Shown here in pieces: positions 1 to 9,200 of a stretch of DNA of 64,000 nucleotides. The stretch covers positions 22,988-86,987 of the forward strand of contig JANQRS010000052.1 of NCBI GenBank assembly GCA_028284445.1, given 5' to 3'. Every line of letters starts with the position of its first letter. Position 1 is the stretch's first letter. The stretch is from Calditrichia bacterium. Its GTDB lineage: Bacteria > Calditrichota > Calditrichia > RBG-13-44-9 > J075. The position numbers and the translations under genes are program-made. The notes under the pieces were generated by a model. It did no database searches. It was not told where the DNA came from and was given only the letters and a program-made list of their open reading frames with translations.

Positions 1-474
1 ATGTTTGTATTCAAAAACTCGCTGACCTATCGCGAGTTGGCAAAATACTGGACGAATACTGAGCAATTGTTATTGCATCTGACGCAGGGAAGGGTTGAAG
101 GGCGAATCGGCCGCTGCTCTGCCGAACGCTTTGACTACTCCCGTCTCTTTAAAATCAAAACCGGCGATGCACTCGGAGGCGAGGGCGATCCGGTCTTGAT
201 GCGTATTGGTATGTGCCCGGGTGATGCAGACTATGCAATACCGTATTTCTATGTGGCCCTTGAGGGCGAAGGTGGCACCTCCCGGGATGATTTGACGGAA
301 CTGGGCCTTGGTGGCATCTGGCACGCTGAGGGCTGGACTGGCGCTGTGCTTGGAGCCGAAACCATCGTTCGCTACAATAATGCCGTCGAGCAATTCAATC
401 ACCTGGTGGCTTTCGTGAAGCTGTCGATTAAAGAACTGCTGGTGCTTTGCGAGAAGCGCGCCAAATACAGTTAG
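1..474 (+). CDS. Hypothetical protein, C-terminal part (DUF5996-like); probably truncated by the window start
   Basis: ORF starts at base 1. The segment IGMCPGDADYAIPYFYV...GGIWHAEGWTGAVL resembles the GxxPGD..PYFY motif I associate with DUF5996 proteins. Confidence 0.45.
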   Translation: MFVFKNSLTYRELAKYWTNTEQLLLHLTQGRVEGRIGRCSAERFDYSRLFKIKTGDALGGEGDPVLMRIGMCPGDADYAIPYFYVALEGEGGTSRDDLTELGLGGIWHAEGWTGAVLGAETIVRYNNAVEQFNHLVAFVKLSIKELLVLCEKRAKYS

Positions 475-499
475 CTTAAGTTTCTGACCCGGAAAAGCG

Positions 500-1459
500 A
501 TGTTTTTTACACTCCTGAATGCGATCACCCTCCATTTTTTGATACCGGCCTTTTTCCTCTTTTTTCTACTCAAACGTCAATTCCGCAGCAAATTTGACTG
601 GTTCTTGTCTTTTGCCCTGGTGGCCGTTTACATCCTCTTTCTTAGCTTTACTGGTAAATGGCAGTTGTTCAGCGCCTGGTTTAGTTACATCCCCCCACTG
701 GCTTTGCTTATCGTTAGCGCATTGTCTTTCTGGCGAGTTCGTAGCAAGCAGTTCTTCCATCCGCGAACACCGGGCGATCTGATTCTGACACTTTTCATCA
801 GTGGCTTTGTCCTGCTGTTTTCGGTGCTGTCGGCCTGGGCGTATTTTGGTACGCGCCTGAATGGTCCGGCAATGGACCTCGAGTCGCCACTTTGGGACGG
901 TAACTACTATGTCGTTGAAGGCGGCAATTCACCTTTGATCAATCAATATCATGTGTTTCCGGACGCCCCATTCAAATACTCTCTGGATTTTGTGAAGCTT
1001 GATGCCGCCGGGAAGCGTGCTGCTGGATTTTACCCCGACGAGCTGGATCGCTACGAGATTTTTGGCGAAAAGATCTATAGTCCGATTGAGGGAGTTGTCA
1101 GCGGAGCGGTAGATTCGTTGCCGGATTATGGCCCGTCTCTGACCGATACCAGCCTGGCCACGTCCTGGGGGAATTGGCTAACGATTCGTAACGGTGTTCG
1201 AAATGTGACCATCGCTTACATCCAGCAGGGCAGCCTCAAGGTGTCTATTGGTGATTCAGTCAGCAGTGGACAATTCATTGCCCGCGTCGGCAGCTCCGGC
1301 GCAACGCCGGAACCGAAGCTGCATATGCGCGCATTTGTCGATGACGACAGCTCTGCCTGGGGCACTCGCGGCAAGCCGATCACCATAGATGGGGAATTTT
1401 ATACAAAAAACGACTGGATTTCTTCACCCAAACGACACGTAAATGGCGCTAAGCCATAA
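500..1459 (+). CDS. Membrane-anchored M23/LytM-family peptidase-like protein, catalytically degenerate
   Basis: About 4 N-terminal TM segments. C-terminal GNWLTI...SLKVSIGDSVSSGQFIARVGSSG.TPEPKLH follows the M23 pattern, but AHL is AYI and HxH is KLH. Confidence 0.75.
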   Translation: MFFTLLNAITLHFLIPAFFLFFLLKRQFRSKFDWFLSFALVAVYILFLSFTGKWQLFSAWFSYIPPLALLIVSALSFWRVRSKQFFHPRTPGDLILTLFISGFVLLFSVLSAWAYFGTRLNGPAMDLESPLWDGNYYVVEGGNSPLINQYHVFPDAPFKYSLDFVKLDAAGKRAAGFYPDELDRYEIFGEKIYSPIEGVVSGAVDSLPDYGPSLTDTSLATSWGNWLTIRNGVRNVTIAYIQQGSLKVSIGDSVSSGQFIARVGSSGATPEPKLHMRAFVDDDSSAWGTRGKPITIDGEFYTKNDWISSPKRHVNGAKP

Positions 1460-1668
1460 GATGACTGTTTCGACACTGGTCTTGCGTCAGCGTCGTAACC
1501 TGCTTAACTTACCATTCGTAGAAGAATGGCAGGCAATATCGATTGGGATACCGACAACCAACCTCTTTGTGCGTCCATTCCATTGTTCTTTTTCCGTTAC
1601 ACCAGCTATTATACGCGGTAGGTAAGCGACTGAAAGCCGCATTACCTGTCGTACACAAGAGCCGTTTT

Positions 1669-2853
1669 ATGAATCTTTTAAGAAATTTGGCCATCTTGCT
1701 AGTCTTTATAAGCAGTGGTTTTGCTCAGGATCATCATGGAATTCCTGACCACTTCAGCGAATTGCGTGACTCCCGGCAATATGCGACCGTGCATATGAAG
1801 CTTGATTCGCTTTTGCGCATGTCGGATACCTTCGCCCCATATTGTCAGCTGGCGCATAATGTGCTGAAGAATCACTTTTTTGAAAGGGATAACGCGGTCT
1901 TTTATCTTAGGGACAGTTTGCTTGGGAGTGAAAGTGGGGAAGCATTGGTCGTTGCTGTTCAGGAAGTGCCACAGCAACTTGAAAAGCTGCTGGCGCAATT
2001 TCCGCAATCGCCCTGTTTGAATAAGGTCAACGGCGACTATTTCGCATTGTTGCTGGACGAAGCGGCAAGTGGCAAGCCGGAGGACAAGCGATTCCTGGAT
2101 CTCTTGAAAGACCGGGTTTTTCAATTTTATCGCCAGGCCGCTGATAACGGATTTAGTGACGTCGCTGTGGATCGCTGGCTGGGCATCTATTATGCGGATA
2201 TCGGCAAGCCCGAACGCGCCAAGATCTATCTGGAAAGGATCTTTAAGAATGAACGGCAGGATCCCGAGGCCTCATTTTATCTCTCGCAAATCTATTTCGC
2301 TGAAAAGCAATATAGCCAGTGCTACAACTATGCCCTGAAGGCGATGGCCGGGCTGCCGGATGCCAGGCTTGAAATGCGCTATTCCGCTACCTATTTGGCA
2401 GCGCGCTCACTGCGTCAGTTGGGCGAAGGCGAGCAGTTTGTCAGCACGATTTCCGAATGCCTTGATCTGCTGCCTGATTACCAGCAGGCTTATCTGGATC
2501 TTGCCGGTTATCATGAGTCCCGGGGACAGACGGAGAAGGCTGAATCTGTCCTGCGCCGGATGTTTCTTGCAAATCCGTATGATGTTGCAGGTTATCAATT
2601 CCTTGAAGCCTATAGCGGCCGGCAAGGAATTTTTTACTTCGGTGAAGCCTTGCTGGAAGATCTGTTGCTGCGGCACGAAATGTCGGATAAAGTGCGGGGG
2701 AATATTCATTTTTGCCGGGGTAATTTACTCTATCGTCAGGGTATGTTTTATGCTGCTGACCGGCAATGGGAAATTAGCCGGAGCTACTATCGGAAGTGTT
2801 TGCCTGGTGACAGCCCGCTGTTGCAACAGGTCGGCGAACTTGCGCGGCAGTAA
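1669..2853 (+). CDS. Exported tetratricopeptide-repeat (TPR) protein
   Basis: ATG at 1669 gives a signal peptide (MNLLRNLAILLVFISSGFAQ). Repeated TPR-like helices follow (e.g. ASFYLSQIYFAEKQYSQC, AYLDLAGYHESRGQTEKA). The ORF track extends upstream to 1543. Confidence 0.7.
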   Translation: MNLLRNLAILLVFISSGFAQDHHGIPDHFSELRDSRQYATVHMKLDSLLRMSDTFAPYCQLAHNVLKNHFFERDNAVFYLRDSLLGSESGEALVVAVQEVPQQLEKLLAQFPQSPCLNKVNGDYFALLLDEAASGKPEDKRFLDLLKDRVFQFYRQAADNGFSDVAVDRWLGIYYADIGKPERAKIYLERIFKNERQDPEASFYLSQIYFAEKQYSQCYNYALKAMAGLPDARLEMRYSATYLAARSLRQLGEGEQFVSTISECLDLLPDYQQAYLDLAGYHESRGQTEKAESVLRRMFLANPYDVAGYQFLEAYSGRQGIFYFGEALLEDLLLRHEMSDKVRGNIHFCRGNLLYRQGMFYAADRQWEISRSYYRKCLPGDSPLLQQVGELARQ

Positions 2854-2870
2854 TTCGGTCTTGTTTTTGG

Positions 2871-2900
2871 GTGCCGGCCACCGGCATCATGGAGTTTTTC
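2871..2900 (+). terminator. Possible weak intrinsic terminator after the TPR gene
   Basis: GTGCCGG-CCA-CCGGCAT hairpin, then GAGTTTTTC a few bases later. Confidence 0.3.
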
Positions 2901-3501
2901 TTTAAAAAGTTGTCATCGCAAGATGTGTGAATTAACACAACAATAATAGCCTTTTGTGCCGTAATTCACTAACAGGTGTTATCTAATAGACATCTATCTG
3001 TTAGATTGGAATATGTTGTTTTTCACCTAAGTTCCTGTTTTTTTTATTTTTATCTGGTATTTGTAATGGCTTCTTCCTCGGAATCGAAGCCGGTGGACCC
3101 TGTGGCGTAGAATCTGCACTCACCGCTGTACGTAGTTGTCACACTCTCTTGCTCTCGAAAAGCCTTGATGGGGCCATCATACTCCAGGTGCATTCCGGCT
3201 GAAAGTGCCGGGATATTCCAAACCGTTCTTCTGTTCTTTGCATGACTCGCTAACATCAAAAATGGTCTTCATCGCCTCCTGCTGCGATGTACCAGGCTTC
3301 TTCTGCGCTTCTTCCTCCTCTTTGAAGACCAAAGTTAAGCGATGAAAGTTCACAACAATTGACCAAAATCAACCGAATGATCTGAATGTGCGGCCTTTCA
3401 AATCATTTCGGAATTCCAGTTAACCTGGTTGACCCTGGAGTAGGGAACTTATTTGTCAAGTATGACAGATCATTAAATATTTACCATTGGAGGTAATTGC
3501 C

Positions 3502-6039
3502 ATGAATGTAGTATCGCGATGCGCTCGAGCAATCGCTTTTATTCTGGTGTTGCAGATGCTGACTATAACTCAGATCTTTGGCCAAAGTCAAAAATCTGCA
3601 AACGATCACCTGCTTTTGTCAGAAGCAATCATGACACCCCTGACGACTGAATTTATTGAAATCGCCAATCCGACGGATAATGACGTCGATTTAACTAACT
3701 ATTACTTGTCGGACGCTCAGGATTATTACTTATTACCAGGTGCGACCGGTAACGGACCTCCCCCTGATATCACCAGCCGTGATTTTATCGCTCAATTTCC
3801 GGCTGGCGCAATTATTCCGGCGCGTGGCGTCGTTGTGGTTGCCATGGATGCGGTGAGCTTTTTGAATGCTTTTGGTTTCCGTCCGGATTTTGAGTTTACC
3901 GATAATGATTTCGCCACGCCCGATATGATTGATACCGATATTGGTCGTAACGCTGAACTAAGCACTGGCGGTGAAGGCCTGGCGCTATTCTATTGGGATG
4001 GTCTATCTGATTTGGTCCAGGATGTGGACCTTATCAATGTCGGAACCCCGACGGCCGGAAACCGGGTCGGCAACAAATCGAATTTGTCGGTCGATGGGCC
4101 CGATGCGGACTCCACACCAAGTGTTTATGAACAAGAATTCTATTCGATGCAAATCTTCGAAGAAGATCACAATGCCGGTCTTTCCGCCAAGCGACAAAGG
4201 CTTGAAGGCGATTTTGAATCCGTCGATTTTGGCAATGGCATTACCGGGGATGACGAAACTACCGAAAATATTTACGTGACCTGGGGAAGTGTCTATACTG
4301 AGCCGGATCCCGGTGAGGCGCCTTACCTGATTCCACCGGTCGCCAATGTCTCGCCGATTGTTAGTACTGTTTTATATTCCGAGAACATTGCTTCCCATGA
4401 TACACCATTGGATATGACCGCTTACATCACTGATGATCACAATGTGATTTCTGCTCACATTATTTATACCGTGAATGGTGGCGTAGCCGACTCCATCGAG
4501 TTGGTAACAGCCGACGATATCATCTATACCGGTGCGATTCCGGCAACAGCCAATCAGAACGAAAATCTTATCAAATTTCATATTACAGCGGTCGATGACT
4601 CTGGTGCTGTTACGACTACACCGGAACGGATTTATTTTGCCGGCATTAGCAGCATTACCAGCTTGCGTGCAACGAACTCTTTAGGTGAACCGCTTTATGC
4701 CGGACATTCCGCTCGCATCAAGGGAATTGCAACCGTTGGTACCGGCGTATTTTCCACGGCAAATCACGATTTTTACCTGGAAGACGGCACATCCGGTATC
4801 AATATTTTCCAACCGGAAGCAGGCGGCTCCGATGTTGCTCTCGGCGATAGCATTTTGGTTGAAGGGATCATCCAGCATACCAACGGCAATTTCCAGTTTG
4901 ATGATCCTGATATGGTTTACAGTATTCTCAGCACCAATCCGGCCCCGGAGCCTTTCCTTATTAATATTGCCGATATCGGGGAAGCGTACGAAGGGCGCTT
5001 GGTAAAATTTCGTGATTTGACGCTGGTGGACGGTGAGTGGCCGGAAGCCGGCGATAAGGCTGACCTCTTACTGGAAACCCCTGACGGGCAGCAGCTTGAT
5101 GTCCGCATTGAGCGCGAAACGGAAGTAGATGAACTGCCTGAACCTGACTGGCCGGTTGATCTGGTCGGCATTTTGCAGCAGTGGGATCGCTTCTCGCCAT
5201 ATCTGGAAGACTGGCGCTTGCAGTTGCGTTATCCTTCAGATATTCAGATTTCCGGACGTAAGTTTGTTCTCAACGAAATCATGTATAACCCTGCAGATTT
5301 CCTCGGGACCGATGGTGATTTCGAATACCTGGAATTTACCAACATCAGCGATCAGTCCATGGACATTGGCGGATACCGGGTCGGCAATGCAGTAGATTGG
5401 ACCTGGCCAGCCGGTACAATCATCGGTCCGGATGAAATTATTATCCTGGCCAGCAATCCGGATTCTATCTTCTCCTATTTTGGCAAGGCCGCCTATGGCC
5501 CCTGGACCGGAGAACTGGATAACAATGGCGAAACAGTGCTGATTTACGACAACACTGATTATAACGTCGATAGTGTCGCGTATAGCGGATTCTCACCATG
5601 GCCGACTGCTGCGAACGGTGACAGCTCGTCACTGGAATTGATCAATCCGCGCACTGACAATGCCAACTATCAAAATTGGCGTGCCTCCAATGCGATTGGA
5701 ACACCGGGCAATGACAATACGGTTCTGGGAATTGAAGATGAGCCGCTGGAAATTCTACCGGATGAATTTGCGCTTATGCAGAACTATCCAAACCCCTTTA
5801 ATCCGGTGACGACCATTCAATATGTGGTCGAAAAGACCAGCCATGTTCGCATAACGGTTTTCAATGTCATTGGTCAGCCCGTTACCACATTGGTTGATCA
5901 GCGACAGGCGCCCGGCTTGCGCAGTATCGTCTGGAATGGCAAATCTGCTAACGGCGCTCAGGTAAGCAGCGGCGTTTACTTCTATCGCATGGAAGCAGGT
6001 GACTTTATTGCCACGAAAAAAATGCTGTATATCCGTTAA
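3502..6039 (+). CDS. Secreted lamin-tail-domain (LTD) protein with OB-fold-like modules and a FlgD-Ig/T9SS-like C-terminal sorting domain
   Basis: GGAGGT RBS before ATG 3502 and a signal peptide. LTD motifs LLLSEA..EFIEIANP..VDLTNYYLSD and VLNEIMYNP..EYLEFTN..IGGYRV. OB-like GIATV..FYLEDGTSGINIF and EAYEGRLVKF. C-terminal QNYPNPFNPVTTI...SGVYFYRM..KKMLYIR. Confidence 0.8.
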   Translation: MNVVSRCARAIAFILVLQMLTITQIFGQSQKSANDHLLLSEAIMTPLTTEFIEIANPTDNDVDLTNYYLSDAQDYYLLPGATGNGPPPDITSRDFIAQFPAGAIIPARGVVVVAMDAVSFLNAFGFRPDFEFTDNDFATPDMIDTDIGRNAELSTGGEGLALFYWDGLSDLVQDVDLINVGTPTAGNRVGNKSNLSVDGPDADSTPSVYEQEFYSMQIFEEDHNAGLSAKRQRLEGDFESVDFGNGITGDDETTENIYVTWGSVYTEPDPGEAPYLIPPVANVSPIVSTVLYSENIASHDTPLDMTAYITDDHNVISAHIIYTVNGGVADSIELVTADDIIYTGAIPATANQNENLIKFHITAVDDSGAVTTTPERIYFAGISSITSLRATNSLGEPLYAGHSARIKGIATVGTGVFSTANHDFYLEDGTSGINIFQPEAGGSDVALGDSILVEGIIQHTNGNFQFDDPDMVYSILSTNPAPEPFLINIADIGEAYEGRLVKFRDLTLVDGEWPEAGDKADLLLETPDGQQLDVRIERETEVDELPEPDWPVDLVGILQQWDRFSPYLEDWRLQLRYPSDIQISGRKFVLNEIMYNPADFLGTDGDFEYLEFTNISDQSMDIGGYRVGNAVDWTWPAGTIIGPDEIIILASNPDSIFSYFGKAAYGPWTGELDNNGETVLIYDNTDYNVDSVAYSGFSPWPTAANGDSSSLELINPRTDNANYQNWRASNAIGTPGNDNTVLGIEDEPLEILPDEFALMQNYPNPFNPVTTIQYVVEKTSHVRITVFNVIGQPVTTLVDQRQAPGLRSIVWNGKSANGAQVSSGVYFYRMEAGDFIATKKMLYIR

Positions 6040-6066
6040 TTATGACGGACTAAATTTTGCAGAAAC

Positions 6067-6120
6067 AGCCTTCGACGCCCCTTTGTAAGGGGTTTCGAAG
6101 GCTCTTGTTTTCCTCTCTTT
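6067..6120 (+). terminator. Stem-loop between the two LTD genes (terminator or processing site)
   Basis: AGCCTTCGA (6067-6075) pairs with TCGAAGGCT (6095-6103), with inner CCCCTT/AAGGGG, followed by pyrimidine-rich CTTGTTTTCCTCTCTTT. Confidence 0.6.
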
Positions 6121-6160
6121 GACATCTCGACCGGTTCCCGGTCAGCTTCCCAAAAGCTGC

Positions 6161-6189
6161 TTGCGACTTGGATATAAATTGTCTATCAT
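6161..6189 (+). promoter_or_regulatory. Putative sigma70-type promoter for the 6224 gene
   Basis: TTGCGA-N17-TATCAT, about 35 nt upstream of the GGAGG-preceded ATG. Confidence 0.45.
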
Positions 6190-6223
6190 TGGGTCTATCT
6201 CATCATTAAACGGAGGATCTTGT

Positions 6224-9200
6224 ATGCGTGTTGTGACCAAAGCAGGTGCACTGTTGTGGGTGTGCTTGTTGCTAATTGGGAGTGTGTCTTTTCTGCAGGC
6301 ACAGTCAAAACTACTTATTTCGGAAATTGTTGTCACCCCGACAGGCGGTGAATTTGCCGAGATCTACAATCCTGGTGCCGACTCCGTAGATCTTTCAGAT
6401 TACTATCTGACGGACGCGACATTTCAAGGTGGCGGCACTTTCTACTATCAGATCGTCGAAGGCGGTGGAGGCGGCGGTGGCTTCGGCGACTTCCATGCTC
6501 GTTTTCCTTCCGGAGCAACCATCGCACCTGGCGAGTATCAAACGGTTGCCATGAATGGTACCGATTTTGTTACCGAATATGGTGTTCAGCCGACGTATGA
6601 ATTGTATGATACAGATTCGACGATCACCGACATGTTGGAGGCAGTGGCAGGTAGCATAAATGGCCAGGGTGGCTTTACCAATGGTGACGAAGTTTGTATA
6701 CTTTACTATTGGGATGGCGCATCAGACCTGGTTGTTGATGTTGATTATCTACTCTACAATGCAGGCTCACCAGCCGCTAACAATGAATCTGTTAGCAAGA
6801 CCGGCGTCTCTATTGATGGCCCGGATGCGGATACGGATTCTTCTACCTACTTGGATGAAGTTGCTGACAGTCTCCAGATCTCTGCCTTAAATCATGGCTT
6901 TGGTTTTTCACTGCATCGTATCGACTATAGCGAAGGCACCCAGGACACCACTGGTGGCAACGGCGTAGGTGGTCGCGATGAAACCAGTGAAAATCTGGAT
7001 GTCACTTTTACCAACAACAGTATTCCCTCTCCGAATGCTGCCTGGAAAAATCCCCCGGCAGAAAACAATGCAGTCAAGCTGCTGATTTCGGAATTTGTCG
7101 TAACGCCGACTGAAGGTGAATATATCGAAATCTACAATCCCGGTATCGATACTGTTGCGCTGGACGATGTTTATTTGACGGACGCGACTTTTCAAACCGG
7201 CGGCACCTTCTACTACCAAATCGTTGAAGATGGTGGTGGCGGTGGCGGCTTTGGCGATTTCCATGCCCGCTTCCCGGAAGGCGCCAGCATTCTACCAGGT
7301 GAATATCAGACAATCGCAATGGATGGCGCAGCATTTGACACCACTTACGGTGTTTCGCCGACCTACGAATTGTATGATACCGACTCTACTATTGCCGATA
7401 TGCGCGAGGCCGTTGAGGGTAGCATTAACGGCCAAGGCGGCTTAACCAATGGTGATGAAGTGATCATTCTCTACTATTGGAATGGCGTAAACGACCTGGT
7501 GGTTGATCTGGATTATGTTCTTTATAATCAGAACTCACCAGCCGCCAACAATGAATCTGTAGACAAAACCGGTGTCTCAATTGATGGTCCGGATGAAGAT
7601 AGCAGCCCGACTACTTACCTCCCGGATACTGCTGATAGTCTACAAACTTCAGCGCCCAATCATGGTTTTGGTTTCTCTGTGCATCGTATTGACTATAGCG
7701 AAGGCACGCAAACCACAATCGATGGTAATGGTGTTGATGGTGGCGACGAAACCAGTGAAAACCTGGATGTGACATTTACCAGCAACAGCATTCCTTCACC
7801 AAATGCCGGATGGGATGTGCCAAGAAATGAAGTGGCGTATACCGAATCTTTCGAAGGTGGAAACTTCCCGCCGGTTGGTTGGTCCACTGCCAATCCTGAC
7901 GGTGGTACCGGTTGGATCCAGGTTGCCGACAGCACAAGCCCGATTCCAGGATGGACCGGTGGAACGATCACGGTTCCGGAAGGTGGTGGCAATTTCGTGG
8001 CCTTCGCTACCTGGAATACTGGTGGTGCGACGTCCAACGATCAATACCTGATTTCACCGCAACTGCTCGATGTTCAAGCGGGTGATTTCTTTGAATTATA
8101 TCTGCGCTACTGGCCGAACACTTTTGCGGACAATGTGGACATCCTCTTGTCGACAACCGACACTGATCCGGCAAGTTTTGATATCGCTGTAGCTAACCTG
8201 CAATTTCCTGATGACGATACGACTGAAACCTGGATTGCCTACAGCTACGATCTGACGGATTATGTTGATGCCGGTAGCGATGTCTATGTGGCAGTTCGTG
8301 AGTTTGTTGCAGATAACTACGCAGACGGTGCGTCCATCTCGATGGATCTCTTCTCGACCAGCGCGGCGGTAGATACGACCGTTACCACCTTTGGTAATCC
8401 GCCGTTGAACGTTGACGCAATTGTTGGTGATAGCCAGATTGAGTTGACCTGGGTTGAGCCGATTGGCCTCAATGAGATTGCGTACGATGATGGTGTGAGC
8501 GATCAACAAATTGGTTTTGCCGCAACTGGTGAATCCGCAGTACGCTTTACCCCGCGTAGCTACCCGACAACCCTGCTTGGTATCCGTACCACCTGGCATG
8601 ATGTTGCCGGCGCCCTGGACAATGTCGAATATTCAGTCTGGGAAAACACTACCGGTGGCGATGCTGCGCCGGCCAGTGAGGTTCTGGCAAACATGCCTTA
8701 CACCGTGACGGTACGTGGTGATTGGTCGGAAGTGGATGTTGCAGCTGACTCCCTGGAATTTACCGAAGGCGACTTCTATATTTCCTGGGTACAGCCTGAT
8801 ACCATCAACTATGGCCTCGGTTTTGACAACAACAGTGGTGATGCCGGTCGTAGCTGGATTAGCTTTGACGATGGTGTAACCTGGTCGAAAGTAAGTCAGT
8901 TCAACCTGCCTTATAATTTCATGATTCGTGCAATTGTCCAGGAAGGCACCGGCGCCAATGCCAAGATTGTGGAACTCGCTCCTGGAGGCGTGGTCATCGC
9001 AGAGAAATCTCTGGATGGCACCATGGTCATGCGTGACCGTGACAACGGCATGGTTGTTGATCAACAAGATGTGGCGGATTTTGGCGCTGAGATGCGCGCC
9101 CGCGCAGCAGCACGTGCAGAGAATGATCGTCGTGGGGCTCTTGAGAATCTCACATCTGTTGATAAGGTAACCAAATACAAGAAATCTGCTCACCTCTTTG

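Noticed and set aside
1500..1655. Resemblance to a c-di-GMP-I riboswitch (ACCATTCG..GAATGG, GGTAGGTAAGCG) upstream of the TPR gene
   Set aside because: The conserved GGCAAA...GACGCAAA frame and the GNRA tetraloop/receptor are missing; only generic hairpins remain. An Rfam scan would settle it.
3050..3259. 69-aa minus-strand ORF in the long intergenic region
   Set aside because: No convincing RBS or motif; it cannot be supported from sequence alone.
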